This document shows, one piece after another, positions 1 through 12,201 of a stretch of DNA of 64,000 nt. This DNA is from Malacoraja senta. Its lineage: Eukaryota. Position numbers and translations under genes: made by a program. Below the pieces are notes generated by a model. It did not search any database and was not told the origin of the DNA. It saw only the letters and a list, made by a program, of their open reading frames with translations. Each line of letters starts with the position of its first letter. Position 1 is the first letter of the stretch. Where the stretch lies: the NCBI GenBank assembly GCA_038087875.1, contig CM075990.1, forward strand, positions 12,586,001 to 12,650,000. Direction: 5' to 3'.

Positions 1-747
1 CCAGCATCTGCAGTTCCTTCCTACACCACAAAAACATCATTGTTTCTGACGTCAGAGGGCAGGGTTTAGATGACTGAGATTGACAAAAAATGCTGGAGAA
101 ACTCAGCGGGTGAGGCAGCATCTATGGAGAGAAGGAATTGGTGACGTTTCGGGTCGAGACCCTTCTTCTCAGAGTTGGATCTCAGCTGAGGAAAGATCAC
201 TGAGCTGAAATGCTGACTGTTTCTCACTACATGGACGTTGCTACCACCTGGGCTTTTCAACATTTTGGTTCCAATTTACTTCCACCTCTCTGCAGGCTGT
301 GAGAATCCCAATTTAAATTAATTTTGGAAACGTCTCCACCTGCCTTGTCCTGAACCAGGTGTCCAAGCCGTGTTCGAGTTTGATCTGAGACTGCCTGTGA
401 TTCTGCATGAAATCTAGAGATCAAACCAGAGAGTTCAGGAAAGCAGAGCTGGCATGATGCGTGAGAATGGACTGCAGATGGTGGTTTAACCGAAGATAGA
501 CACAAAATGCTGGAGTAAACTCAGCGAGACAGGCAGCATCTCTGGAGAGAAGGAATGGTTGAATGGGTGGACTAGACTAGTCTGAAGAAGGGACTCTACC
601 CAAAACGTCACCCATTCCTTCTCTCCCAGGGACAGGCAGCAGAAGAACAATGATCCCAGCATTTTTTTATACCTCATGAGAACTCCCACAGGTCCTCAAT
701 GTTCTAATTCTTAATGCTGTTTTGGGGAACTAGGAGTATAATTATAA

Positions 748-972
748 AGGGCCTGTCCCACTTGGTGATTTTTTTCGCGACTGCCGGCATCATTGACTGG
801 CGTATCAGGTCACCAGAAACTTCGCGGCGTGATGACGTATGACGCGCGGTGTTTTTTCAAGTGTCGCAACATTTTTTTTGTCACCGCTGGATTTTGAAAT
901 GTTCAAAATCTTTTGGCGACACTGATATGAAGCCGGCAGTCGCCGAAAAAATCGGCAAGTGGGACAGGCCCT
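748..972. mobile_element. PIF/Harbinger-type MITE
   Basis: TIR AGGGCCTGTCCCACTTG / CAAGTGGGACAGGCCCT, flanked on both sides by TAA (3-bp TSD). Confidence 0.85.
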
Positions 973-1353
973 TAAACACTCCCTCCTTCGCAACAGTGGT
1001 TGTGTTCATCAGAACGTCATTGGTTTGAAAGCACGTGGAACATCTTAAAAGGTTGTGGAAACTGTTTAATAACTACTCATCTTTCCTTCCACCTGCAGCC
1101 CTCTGTAGAACATTCACCTTTGTGTAAACTGGGAAGGAGGCTTCCATTAAGATAGTTCTATGATTCTATTAATTCATAATTCTATTTATATATGAAAACA
1201 ACACCTGTGCACCTGAATCCTTGTGAGAACAGATCATCTGTTCCCACTAGTTCCATGTCATCCCGCTTTCTCATCCGCTCCTATACACTGGGGGACCTGA
1301 ATATACTCTATCTTAGAAATGTGGCGTGTTCACACATTTTTTGTGTGTTTTAG

Positions 1354-1816
1354 GCTTCAGTATCGTCCAGGTGACAGCCACGGATGCCGACACAGGTGTG
1401 AATCAACAGCTGAGTTACCGAATCGAGGGGGGCGCCCAGGATAAGTTTCTCATTGACCCTCCCAGTGGAGTTATCAAGGTGGCCATTGGAGTAACAATAG
1501 ATCGAGAAGAAAAGGGCTCGTACACAATAGTAGTGATTGCGATGGACCCAAGGAACTCCGCCATTGTCGGCAAGCGCCACTGTGAACATCATAGTAGACG
1601 ACGTCAACGACTGCCCTCCCGAGTTTGTTAACCCGGTGCAGACTATTAGCATCAGTGAATCGGTGACAGTCGGGGCCATCATAGCGAACCTTACAGCCGT
1701 CGACCGTGACCTCCGACCTCGACTGGAGTACTACATCATCGGGATCGTTGCGAAGGACGATGCTGACAAGGTGTTGGAGGAGCAACAGAGAGCTTTTGAC
1801 ATCAATTTTCAAACAG
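1354..1816 (+). pseudogene. CDH23: Out-of-order duplicate of the CDH23 exon at 57950-58411, with a +1 frameshift
   Basis: AG|GC...G|GT boundaries identical to 57950-58411; extra C at 1547-1549 (GACCCAA vs GACCAA) makes it 463 nt; AAT>ATT change at 1486. Confidence 0.8.
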
Positions 1817-2378
1817 GTAAAGTTTGCATGCAAGCTCCACAGAAGAAAACGTACACTGACTCCAAACACCCTCTGAGCCTGGAGTTGCAGTGCGTTGAAC
1901 TGGGATTGTTGGCGGGCGAAGTGAGTGGAGTCAAGTCAAGAGTGTTGTATTGTCATATGTCCCAGATAGGACAATGAAATTCTTACTTGCTGCAGCACAA
2001 CAGAATATGTAAACATAGTACATAACGGGAGAAAAAAAGTTCAGTGAGTGTATACACACATGCACACATACTCAATAAATAAACATATATAGTGCAATAA
2101 TAATAATAGTCTGTTACAGTTCAGAGCTTATTTGTGGTGTTTAATAGCCTGATGGCTGTAGGGAAGAAGCTGGATGTTACAGTAAGGTCATTTACTCTTA
2201 GTTCCCTGGACTTGGACAAACAGGCCCTTCAGCCCAACTTGCCCATTCCGACCAACTTGCACCTGCATCTGCACCTGCCTGTATTTGACCCATCTATCTA
2301 CACATAACTAAAACTCTGATCTTCTTATCTTCCGGTTTGTACAGTCTTTCTATTTGTGCAAAAACGGTTCTATGATTT

Positions 2379-2578
2379 NNNNNNNNNNNNNNNNNNNNNN
2401 NNNNNNNNNNNNNNNNNNNNNNNNNNNNNNNNNNNNNNNNNNNNNNNNNNNNNNNNNNNNNNNNNNNNNNNNNNNNNNNNNNNNNNNNNNNNNNNNNNNN
2501 NNNNNNNNNNNNNNNNNNNNNNNNNNNNNNNNNNNNNNNNNNNNNNNNNNNNNNNNNNNNNNNNNNNNNNNNNNNNNN
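2379..2578. other. Assembly gap (200 N)
   Basis: Run of exactly 200 N. Confidence 1.
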
Positions 2579-3281
2579 GTGACTTTGTCTGTTTTTAGAT
2601 ACAGAGCATAGCTCGGAGCAGAGAAACATGTACAGTGCAATTGATTTTCCGCAAACCCAAGATGTGTGGTGTGTTGGAAACAGCCTCCACATTTTCCCCC
2701 TGCTTTGTATATTCTACATCACACACAGATGCAATTCTGGAGGAGGAGTGGAACGATAGAGGTATTAGGGACTTTTTTTAGATATTAGAAATGAATTACT
2801 GTGGTAAGGTAGGTGGTGAATTAAATTTGATTATTTCCAGTTCTAGCCAGCTGATCCAAGAGGGATATTGCACCAGAAAGCCGAGAAAGTAAACAGAAAC
2901 TGCCGCCCCCACATCTTCTACGTTCCCCTTACAGATCTGGGAGGGGGGAGAAATCTTGGACAGACTCTGGTGCAGTTCCTGGAGCCAGAAGATGTTTTGT
3001 TCTTTGGGAGGTGAGATGTGTGCCTTGGTGAGCTCTCCATTGCCCGTGACCCTCCCCACCAGATCCATTGAATTGCTTCACTCCATGAGAGGTCACTCAT
3101 GGTCCACTTCAGCCAAAACAGGTTTTCATAAGTTCTCGGAGCAGAATTAGGCCATTTGGCCCATCGAGTCTACTCCGTCATTCAATCGTGGTTGATCTAT
3201 CTTTGCCTCCCAACCCCACACTCCTGCCTTTGCCCCATAACCCCTGAAACTTTTACTAATCACAGCACCTACCGTGCAACT

Positions 3282-3925
3282 TGAATGAATGAATGAATGA
3301 ATAAGTTTATTGGCCAAGTATTCACATACAAGGAATTTGCCTTGGTGCTCCGCCCACAAGTGACAACATGACATACAGTGACAGTTAGGAATGGCACATA
3401 AAACATTAAACATTAATAATAAAACATTATTGATTAAACAAGTGAATTAAATAAAATACCAGAACAAGAGGAGGCTACAGATTTTTGGTTATTGAGTAGA
3501 GCTACTCCTCGTGGAAAAAAAGCTGTTTTTATGTCTGGCTGTCGCAGCTTTGACAATCCGGAGTCGCCTACCAGAGGGAAGTGATTCAAAGAGTTTGTGG
3601 CCAGGGTGAGAGGGGTCAGAGATGATCTTGCCCGCTCGCTTCCTGGTCCTTGCAGTGTACAGTTTGTCAATGGATGGAAGGTTGCAGCCAACAACCTTCT
3701 CAGCTGATCGGACGATTCGCTGCAGCCTCCGGGTGTCGTGCTTGGTGGCTGAGCCAAACCAGACCATGATGGAGAAGGTGAGGACAGCCTCTACGATGGC
3801 CGTGTAGAATTGGACCATCATTGCCTGTGGCAGATTGTGCTTCCTCAGCTGCCGCAGGAAGTACATCCTCTGTTGTGCCTTTTTGACTGTGGAGTCGATG
3901 GTGGCCCCCCATTTAAGGTCCTTGA
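3282..3925 (-). mobile_element. Rex1/Babar-like LINE 3' fragment
   Basis: ORF 3489-3866 (YFLRQLRK...RLQRIVRSAEK...DPSHPGH...LPSGRR...SFF) is typical of the Rex RT C-terminus; (TTCA)n tail; shorter + strand copy at ~52965-53270. Confidence 0.8.
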
Positions 3926-4999
3926 TCCAGTGATAGTTGATGAGTTACTGAGTAACTCACTTCATGACCTTGGAGTCTAACACCATTATCCCCATCAACC
4001 TGCCCCTGCTGTCAGTTTCTTATGGGTACTGCATCACCAACCCTTGCCTGCCTCTTATTTTGTTCTTTCTCCACCCAGTCACCAATCACAACTACCACAA
4101 ACTTCCTCCCCCACCCTGGATGACTGTCCCAACCCATGTGTTTCCAGTCCCCCTCATTGATTGAAGTTCTGACTCAACCCTGCCCTATTCTGACCTCCTC
4201 TGCATAGTGGGCCTGCCCAGTATCACTGATTCAAGAACTCTGCAATCTCCGACGTTCTGCACTGTGTGCATGTAAAGACCTTTCTTGCAAAAGAAAATCC
4301 TTTACAGGCGCAAGGTATGCAAAACTGATCCCATTGCACACAATGGTCTGGCCTCATCCAAAGTAGAGTATTGCAACAGGGAGTCATGAACGTAGCCAAA
4401 TCTCCATCCACACTGAGCATCTGGTTTTCCATTGTTTATTCAGTGGAGTGGATGCTTTTAATTAAACAGAAGATGAGACCATGATGGCCAATAACCAAAA
4501 TGAACCAACACCATTAACACAGCATTCTAACCAATGGTACTTCATGGATGATTTTGTTGGGCACTATTGGACACTGAATTATTATTGAAAATTCAACGGC
4601 AGCTTGGTCTAACTTCAATAGAACATCTTGAAGGATTTTCTTATTGTGTCTTACTCTAACCTCTTGCTTTATTTCACGGTCTTCTATCTTTTGGAACTCT
4701 TATTATAATCGATATTTTTGTGCCTTTGAATCCATGTGCCTGTGATGCTGTTGCAAGCGAGGTTGTTATTGTACTAGTGCCCCACCTGTGCATGACAATA
4801 AACTCAACTTGAGGAACATACGATGGGGTGGAAAGATTTGGAGAGGCTAATTTTTCGAGATGTGGGCCTTGGCAGTTGAAAGCACAAGCTTCAATGATGG
4901 GCTGTTGGAAACCAGCGGTACTTGGGAGGCTAAATTGATCAATAAGTTAAATGCTGACACAATCACACACTGGGTTTTCAAAGCCCATGGTGCTTATTT

Positions 5000-5948
5000 T
5001 TATGACATCTCCAAAAGAAGTCCCAAGTTTAGAGGACAACGCAGTGGGCCCTGCAGATGACATAGATGTTTCCCCAGCAGAAACATGAATCCATAATTTG
5101 CCACCTGCTTGAGACTATGTCTATTATTCCCATGGAAGAATAAGGAACTGGACTGTGATCTGGTCATAGATTGAAATATGGGCGGGGGGGTAGGGTGTTT
5201 CAGAAGGCTTTAATAAATTAGAAATTCCTCATCCCTCGATGTAGCCTATTCTTTAAGAGCATGAATAGCCTTTTTGTTTTCAAGTTGTGTTGTTGTACAT
5301 TTCAAGTTGCTGCTACCAATTTCATGCAAATGAAAGTGGGGTTTTTCCAGATAATAAAATCTGTAGCATACAGAGTGATGGGAAGCTTCAGTGAAAGACT
5401 TGAGTATATTGTGAGCAGGATACTCACTGCCGTGTGGGTGTATGTGTGGGCCGAGACACAGGATGGAGGACTTAACACACTATCACAGTTTCAGATACAA
5501 GTTGGGTGCTCACTCAGAACCTGCTGCTCATCTGTTGCCCATTATAAGTTGCTGCCACTAGCTGGGAATTACTTATTCAATGCCCTAACCATAAAGAGAC
5601 TGGGCAACAGGTAACAAATCAGTACAGCTGTTCAATAAAAGCCCACATTATCTATTATGACATCTCCAAAAGAAGTCCCAAGTTTAGAGGACAACGCAGT
5701 GGGCCCTGCAGATGACATAGATGTTTCCCCAGCAGAAATATGAATCCATAATTTGCCACCTGCTTGAGACTATGTCTATTATTCCCGTGGAAGAATAAGG
5801 AACTGGACTGTGATCTGGTCATAGATTGAAATATGGGCGGCGGCGGCGGGGGGGGGGGGGGGGGGGCGGGTTTCAGAAGGCTTTAATAAATTAGAAATTC
5901 TTCATCCCTCGATGTAGCCTATTCTTTAAGAGTATGAATAGCCTTTTT
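5000..5948 (+). repeat. Local ~280-bp direct duplication (5000-5275 and 5655-5948)
   Basis: Both copies read TATGACATCTCCAAAAGAAG...GAATAGCCTTTTT; the second has an expanded GGC/G tract. Confidence 0.9.
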
Positions 5949-6504
5949 TTCACCACATCTTTCACATACCCAGAATGACATTACTTTGCAAGTAAACTCT
6001 GTTTCATATGAAGAGACATGATATGCACACATTGGGACGTATTTACAATCCTCCAATCTACCTCGTTGCGGCCCTTGCCCTTTTTAATCTGCAATTTCTC
6101 TGCAGCTGGAACACTCTGCGTTCTTCCCTTTCTCTTTCAGCCCTAACTGTTGTATCATGTATTGTTTGATTATAAAGTGTTTCACTGTTTCTCCGTGCAC
6201 CTGACAATAATAAACCAATACTAAATCAAACAGCAGGATGACAGTAGGGTTGTATTCAGGCACTGGCCAGGGCACCCTGCATCACCCCGATATTGTGGCG
6301 TGGGCTTTTATTACACCCATCCAAGATGGTGCAGGGGCGGTAATTTTATTGTTCTCACACGCTCAGCATTTTACCAAGAATGTCCCCCCTCCCTCCCCTC
6401 CCACCCTGAGGTGTCTGCAGCGGCAGTCAAACTCGTAGCCTGCGGGCTCTAAGTCAGACGTGACAGGTACCCACAGCCCATTGCAGTTGGAAAAGAGACA
6501 GGCG

Positions 6505-6880
6505 CGTAAACTTATAGAAACATTACAAAATTCTTAAAGGATTGGACAGGCTAGATGCAGGAAAAATGAGGGAGTCCAGAACCAGGGCTCACAGTTTAAG
6601 AATAAGGGATAGGCCATTTAGGACTGAGATGAGGAAAAAAAAAAGGTTTCACCCAGAGAGTTGTGAATCTGTGGAATTCTCTGCCACAGAAGGCAGTGGA
6701 GGCCAATTCACTGGATGTTTTCAAGAGAGTTTGATATAGCTCTTAGGGCTAATGGAATCAAGGGATATGTGGGAAAAGCAGGAATGGGACACTGATTTTG
6801 GATGATCAGCCATGATCATATTGAATGGCGGGTGCTGACTCGAAGGGCCGAATGCCCTACTCCTCCATCTATTTTCTATG
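6505..6880 (+). mobile_element. CR1-like LINE 3' fragment (representative; similar pieces at ~9890-10420, 10570-10658, 12202-12345, 14243-14530, 15835-16015, 20520-20765, 21090-21630, 25010-27005, 42715-42892, 47570-47856, 52375-52625)
   Basis: Encodes CR1 ORF2 C-terminus-like RTRAHSLRI...FRTEMRK...RVVNLWNSLP; conserved 3' UTR GGCCGAATG(G)CCTACTCCT. Confidence 0.8.
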
Positions 6881-7632
6881 TAAGGCGAGCAGAATGTAAA
6901 TATTGTTAGCAGCACCTCAATTCAGAAATCACCTGGAGTAAAGTGATTCCCATTGTACATTTGTTACACTTGCTGCTGCACCCAGCTGCTGAGCAAAGAG
7001 GATGGCTGGGGTTTAATGAACTTTGAGTGGGGCGAGTAAGAATGAGCCGTTCTGGGAACCAAAAGCATCGTGGACCCGCAGGGAGTGTGCGAACAGTGCC
7101 GCATCTATGGCATCCTGCTGAAGACTGGCTGAGTGGAAGTCCCACTTAGTGAAACGCTCGCTCATGAAACGCTGCAGAATACAGCTGGCCAGATTAATCT
7201 GCATTCCACTGTTGCACAAGTGTGCAAGGAACAAGAGGACAAGAATTTCAGGAACTCGATAGCTTTGATCAGAGTTTGCGGTAACTTTGGTACTTTAACT
7301 TTACATTTAGTCTTGGTCTTTAACTTCACATTTAAAGACCTTTAAAGTCGTTCCTTCCTCCAGTCCCTCGGTGAAAGAGTGTACGGTGGCAACTGCACCT
7401 CAGAGGGAGAACTAACCAGGGCTGTCCATGTTTTGCTTGTAAACCCCAAAATTTGGTTTGGAACCAATTTATAACTCTTAAAAAAAAACCATCACAACGT
7501 AATAAGAAAAAAAGAGAAGTCACTATTTCAGATCTGCATCTAGATTAACTCAAACGCAGTATTGCACTATTGAACTGGCAGCAGTCTAAAGTATTGTCAG
7601 GCAAATGCAGCAAAGAGCACAATCTTTCTTAC

Positions 7633-7708
7633 CTTTTGTAACTGTGCCGAGAAGCAGTAGGACAGTCAACGCTCGTAGCTGACAGGTTATCCACGTTTGA
7701 ACATCCAT
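7633..7708 (-). CDS. VSIR: First coding exon (signal peptide) of a gene nested antisense in the CDH23 intron; probable VSIR (VISTA)
   Basis: gtaATGG Kozak context; MDVQTWITCQLRALTVLLLLGTVTK+G with hydrophobic core; strong phase-1 donor G|GTAAGA; lies in the intron before the VTTSVLV exon, where mammalian VSIR is nested (from recall). No downstream exons seen, so the identity rests on synteny. Confidence 0.65.
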
Positions 7709-7870
7709 TACTGTGTGCTTCTCTTCCCAGACTCAATCTCCTTTCATCTGTTAGCTCCCCTGTCCGAGTGTATGTGTACGAGTGAGAGAGAGAGAGAGAG
7801 AGATCCTCATTGATGTTTACTGTGTGAGCTTGAAGCATTGACTTCAGGCCAGAATGTGTGAGTGCCTGTG

Positions 7871-7954
7871 TTTAATAGGCTGTGGCTCAAGCTCTGTGTA
7901 AGAAACTTGAAACCACAAATTTGCATGAGGCGGTCTCACGAATGTTTTAATTGG
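7871..7954 (-). promoter_or_regulatory. Putative promoter of the nested gene
   Basis: TATA-like TATTAAA (7871-7877, - strand), GAAACTTGAAAC IRF-like (~7902-7913), RUNX AACCACA (7911-7917), perfect octamer ATTTGCAT (7919-7926), CCAAT (7950-7954, - strand), all 160-250 bp upstream of the ATG. Confidence 0.5.
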
Positions 7955-8634
7955 CCCCAGCCTCAGGAACTGGCGCCTCTATTGCTGCTGTCAGACAATA
8001 CTTTAGAAGAGAAGAAGCAGGCTGGTACCTATTCCTGGCTCTTGGCAAATTTGCTCCTCCAAACCCCCCCAATAATTCAGGGTGATAATGACACAAATGG
8101 TAAAGTGGGCCACTCCACCAAAGCTGCCAGGAATGCATGCATTATGACACATGAGGACCTATGTTACACTCAGTGTGCAGAGTCTAAGTTGCTCCTATGT
8201 ACTCGGAGCAGAATTAGGCCATTCAGCCCATCAAGTCAACTCTGCCATTCAATCAAGGCTGATCTACCTTTCCCTCAACCCCATTCTCCTGCCTTCTCCC
8301 CATAACCCTTGACCCCCCTGCTGACTGCAGGTGGCCATGTTCATGCTGCTTTAATGCATGTCATCACCTCCTCCACAGCCAACAATGGAGCATTGTGGGC
8401 TCCTTGGCCATTGGTACCGGCTCTGATTTGTTCTGTACCTTTTCATACCTCTAGTTTCCCCTCTCTCCTGACTGAGTCTGAAGAAGGATCTCGACCCGAA
8501 ACGTCACCTATTCCTTTTCTCCACAGATGATCTCCTTGATCTCCCAAGCTCGATAAACAACACCCCCTCCCCAATATTTTTCCTCCATCTCCAATGTTAT
8601 TTAAAAGACAAAGCACATTAGATTATAGTCACAA

Positions 8635-9197
8635 TTCGACTAAGTGGGACCCGTTGGGTCCCAGCTTTACAAGGGAGGGCTGGTCCCCTAACGCAATATT
8701 CCACCTCTCCACCAATTCCAATATTGCTGGCCAGTGGGGGGGGGGGGGTGTTCTGGAGCGCTAATATGGGTGTTGTGGGCCAAAGGGACTGGTTTCCAGA
8801 CCACATGAAACCACATAAACCACATAAAGGGCACACAGTTCAGTAGACACTCAGTGTTGTGTAGATTCCCAGCTCAGACTGAGAGTCATGGCCTCTCCCT
8901 CACCATCTTGCAGCGACTGAGTCACGTCCAGACTTCTGGGTTTTATAGTCCCTCCCCCCGGGAAGGGTGTGGCCTTCATTGTGGTGATTGACAGGAGAGA
9001 GAATCTCAAGATTTTTTAAACACTAATAATTTTTATTTTTCATCGATGGGAATAATCCTCAGGGCCTGATCATCGGGGGAGGACTCTGACTAAGATGGCC
9101 AAAAAGTCACAGCCATATATGGTAGCGTTTTTTTTCTCTAAAATCAAACAACAACGCAAACAGGAAGTGGTCAAGATGAGACTTTTAATTATATAGA
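8635..9197 (-). mobile_element. Non-autonomous Helitron-like element
   Basis: On the - strand begins A|TCTATATAATTAAAAG; 8-bp hairpin TGGGACCC-GTT-GGGTCCCA (8645-8663) just before a degenerate CTAG-like end; no TSD. Confidence 0.6.
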
Positions 9198-9224
9198 TGT
9201 AATACAGCACTGAACCAGGCAACT

Positions 9225-9660
9225 TGTGTAGGAAGGAACCGCAGATGCTGGTTTATACTGAAGATGGACACAAAATGCTGGAGTAACTCAGCGGGTCAGG
9301 CAGCATCTGTGGAGAAAAGGAATGAGTGACGTTTTGGATTGGGACCCTTCTTCAGACTGAGAGTCAGGGGAGAGGGAAACTAGAGGTATGAAAAGGTGCA
9401 GAACAAATCAGAGCCGGATGGCCAAAGAGCCCACAATTGTCCATTGTTGGCTGTGGAGGAAATGATAACGAGGGGATATGAACAATGAAACCAGCAGGAT
9501 GACTGGTGGGGGTGGTACAGAGAGAATGGGAATGCAAGGATTATTTGGAATTAGAGAAATCAATACTCGTTGTAAGCTGCCCAAGTGAAATATGAGGTGC
9601 TGTTGTAAGCTGCCTAAGTGAAATATGAGGTGCTGTCTCTCCAATGTGCATGTGGCCTCA
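9225..9660 (-). mobile_element. Penelope-like element 3' fragment
   Basis: HLIFHLGSLQ (tandemly duplicated) GIY-YIG C-terminal remnant followed by the hammerhead-like terminal repeat. Confidence 0.65.
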
Positions 9661-10658
9661 CTCTAACTCATCCATGCTGACCAATATGCCCATCTAAGCT
9701 AGACCTATCTCGTCCAAATCTCTTTTAAGTGTTATTATTGTATCTGCCAACCACTTCCTCTGGCAGTTTGTTTCATACATGCACTGCGTGAAGACATTGT
9801 CTCGCATGTATTTTTTGACAGGTCTTGTTTCCCCTTAAACCTATGCCCTGACACCCTTATCTGGGAAAAAGATTGCAGAAGCCTGGAAAGAACAGAGGGT
9901 CCAAGGCTCCCTGGAAAGAGGTCACAGAGGGGTGAAGAAGGTTTTTGGCATGCTGGTCTTCATCGGGAAAGGCATGAGTATAGAAGTCGAGATGTTATGC
10001 TGCAGTTGTACAAGACGTTGGTCAGACCCCACATGGAGTATTGTGTTCAGTTTTGATGGCCGTGCTGTAAAATCGCTACCGTTAAGCTGGAAACAGTGAA
10101 GAACATTTTTACAAGGCTGTCGCCAGGACTTGAGGGATGGAGCGATAGGGAGAGATTAGGTGAGAGAGGCAAAGTTTAAAGGAGATGTACGGTGCAAGTT
10201 GTTTTTACACAAAGGGTCATGGCTTCCAGGAACACACCACGGGTCGGGGCAGATGCAATGGTGCCACTTACGAGACTCAGATAGGCACATGAATATGCAG
10301 AGAATGGAGCAATATGGATCATGCAAAGGCAAATGAAATGAGCTTATCTTGGTCTCATGTTTGCACAGACATGATGGGCCAAATGGTCTGTTCCTGTGCA
10401 GTACTGTTCTATGTTCTATTAGACAGGCTATGGTTTTATTTGTTGGAGTGTAGGAGAGATGGTATAAAATCATGAGGGTCACAGAGAGGGCAAATCCTTT
10501 TCTCAGGGTTGGGCAATCAACAACTGGAGGACCTCGTTTTAAGGTGAGAGAGGAAATATTTAATTGAGTCTGTGGAATTCTCTGCCTCAGAGGTGGAGGC
10601 CGATTCTCTGGAAACTTTCAAGAGAGAGCTAGATAGGGCTCTTGAAGATAACGGAGTC

Positions 10659-12201
10659 TCCAAAGAAAACATTTGTGTAAACCTAAGGAATTTGGTGGAT
10701 TATCACTCCCCAATTTTTTATATTATTATTGGGCCACAAATGTCAAAAATATGATTCACCTGTTGGACAATTCGGCCCATCAGGTGGATTGGATAGTAAT
10801 GGAGAGAGAGGACTGTTCCCCTTTTAACATAGAAGCGATCCTTCTCTCACCAACAAAAATAAAGAATACAATATATAGTAAAAATCCAATTATTCATAGT
10901 ACAATTAGAATTTGGAAACAAATAAAATTAACGTTAAAATTAAGAAATCTATCACTTTTCACCTATAATGAATAACCCTTCGTTTAAACCTTCTATGATG
11001 GATAGAGCTTTTATAAATTGGGAAAGAGTAGGAATTAAAACGTTTGGAGATATGTATGATAATGGAAGTTTTTTAACATTTCACCAATTACAACTTAAAT
11101 ACAACTTGAATAGTAATCAATATTTCAAATATTTTCAACTACGTGACTATTTGAAAAAGTATACACGAGAATATCAAAATATGTCTCCTGACCTTTTAGA
11201 TGGGATAATGAATATAAAAGCGGAATCAGCTAATTTAATATCATACCTATATAATTCCATTTTAAATATAGAAATTCCATCATCGGACAGGATTAGAAGA
11301 GAATGGGAACAGGAACTAGCTATAAAAATCTCGAAAGAGAGTTGGGATAAACATCTATTATATGTGCATAAATGTTCGATTAACGTAAGACATACTCTGA
11401 TTCAATTTAAAATTTTACATAGATTATATTATTCAAAAGCTAAATTAAGAACATTGTATCCAAATACCTCTGCTAACTGTGATAAATGCCTAGTCCAAGA
11501 ATCAACTATAGCACATTCTTTTGTTTTTTGTATAAAAATTCAAAAATTTTGGAATGGAATTTTTGAAATTTTCACTAAATTATTTAAAATAAAACTGAAA
11601 CCGAATGCAGAACTGATTATTTTTGGAACAACAGAAGCAAGTTTGGAGCTGACTGCGTTTCAAAGGAGTTTTCTTAGTTATGGCTTATTAACGGCAAAAA
11701 AACTGATACTGAAATTTTGGAAAAATGCTCCTACGCCAACAATAAAAATGTGGACTTCTAATATGTCGGAATTGTTACACCTAGAAGATATGAGATTCCT
11801 CCTAGCAGGTAAACAAGACCAATTCCAAAAGATTTGGTCTCCATATATCGACTTATTACAAACATAGGGTGCAACAAAATGATGATAATAAATGGTTTTA
11901 GGACCTGGTGAGGGGTGAGTAAAGATAAGAAGTAGACACATCCCTTTCATATTGTCCTATCTTATTTTCTTTTTTCTCTTTTTTTCTTTTCTTCTTTAAC
12001 TACTTCTTGTGGTTTAGGTTCACATGTGTGTTCCTGGATCACTTTTTCATTCACTCACTGACTCTTTGCTAGCTCTTTCTATCCTTTCTTTCTATTAAAG
12101 TTGAAAAACAGAAGTGGTACAAGAACTGTATAAATTTACGTTATTGCAGATTACTGTAATGTAAAATACTTCTAATAAAAAAAAGTTAAAAATTAAAAAA
12201 T
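10659..12201 (+). mobile_element. L1-clade LINE, 5'-truncated (ORF2 C-terminus plus 3' UTR)
   Basis: ORFs 10673-10975 and 10968-11867 (GGLSLPNF..YYWA; QFKILHRLY; C-x2-C...H...C knuckle); A-rich tail; 14-bp TSD AAGATAACGGAGTC at 10645-10658 and 12202-12215, splitting a CR1 tail. Confidence 0.9.

Larger units (their letters stand above)
1..2378 (+). repeat. Second copy of ~55909-58971 (lacking the L2 insertion at 57014-57669); probable haplotype/assembly duplication
   Basis: Near-identical to 55909-58971 along its whole length, with scattered SNPs and 1-bp homopolymer indels; ends exactly at the N gap. Confidence 0.95.

Noticed and set aside
2929-3100. - strand frame ending KHLLAPGTAPESVQDFSPLPDL*, loosely like the VSIR cytoplasmic tail
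   Set aside because: Similarity is weak, no convincing acceptor was found, and the IgV and TM exons that should lie between it and 7633 are absent
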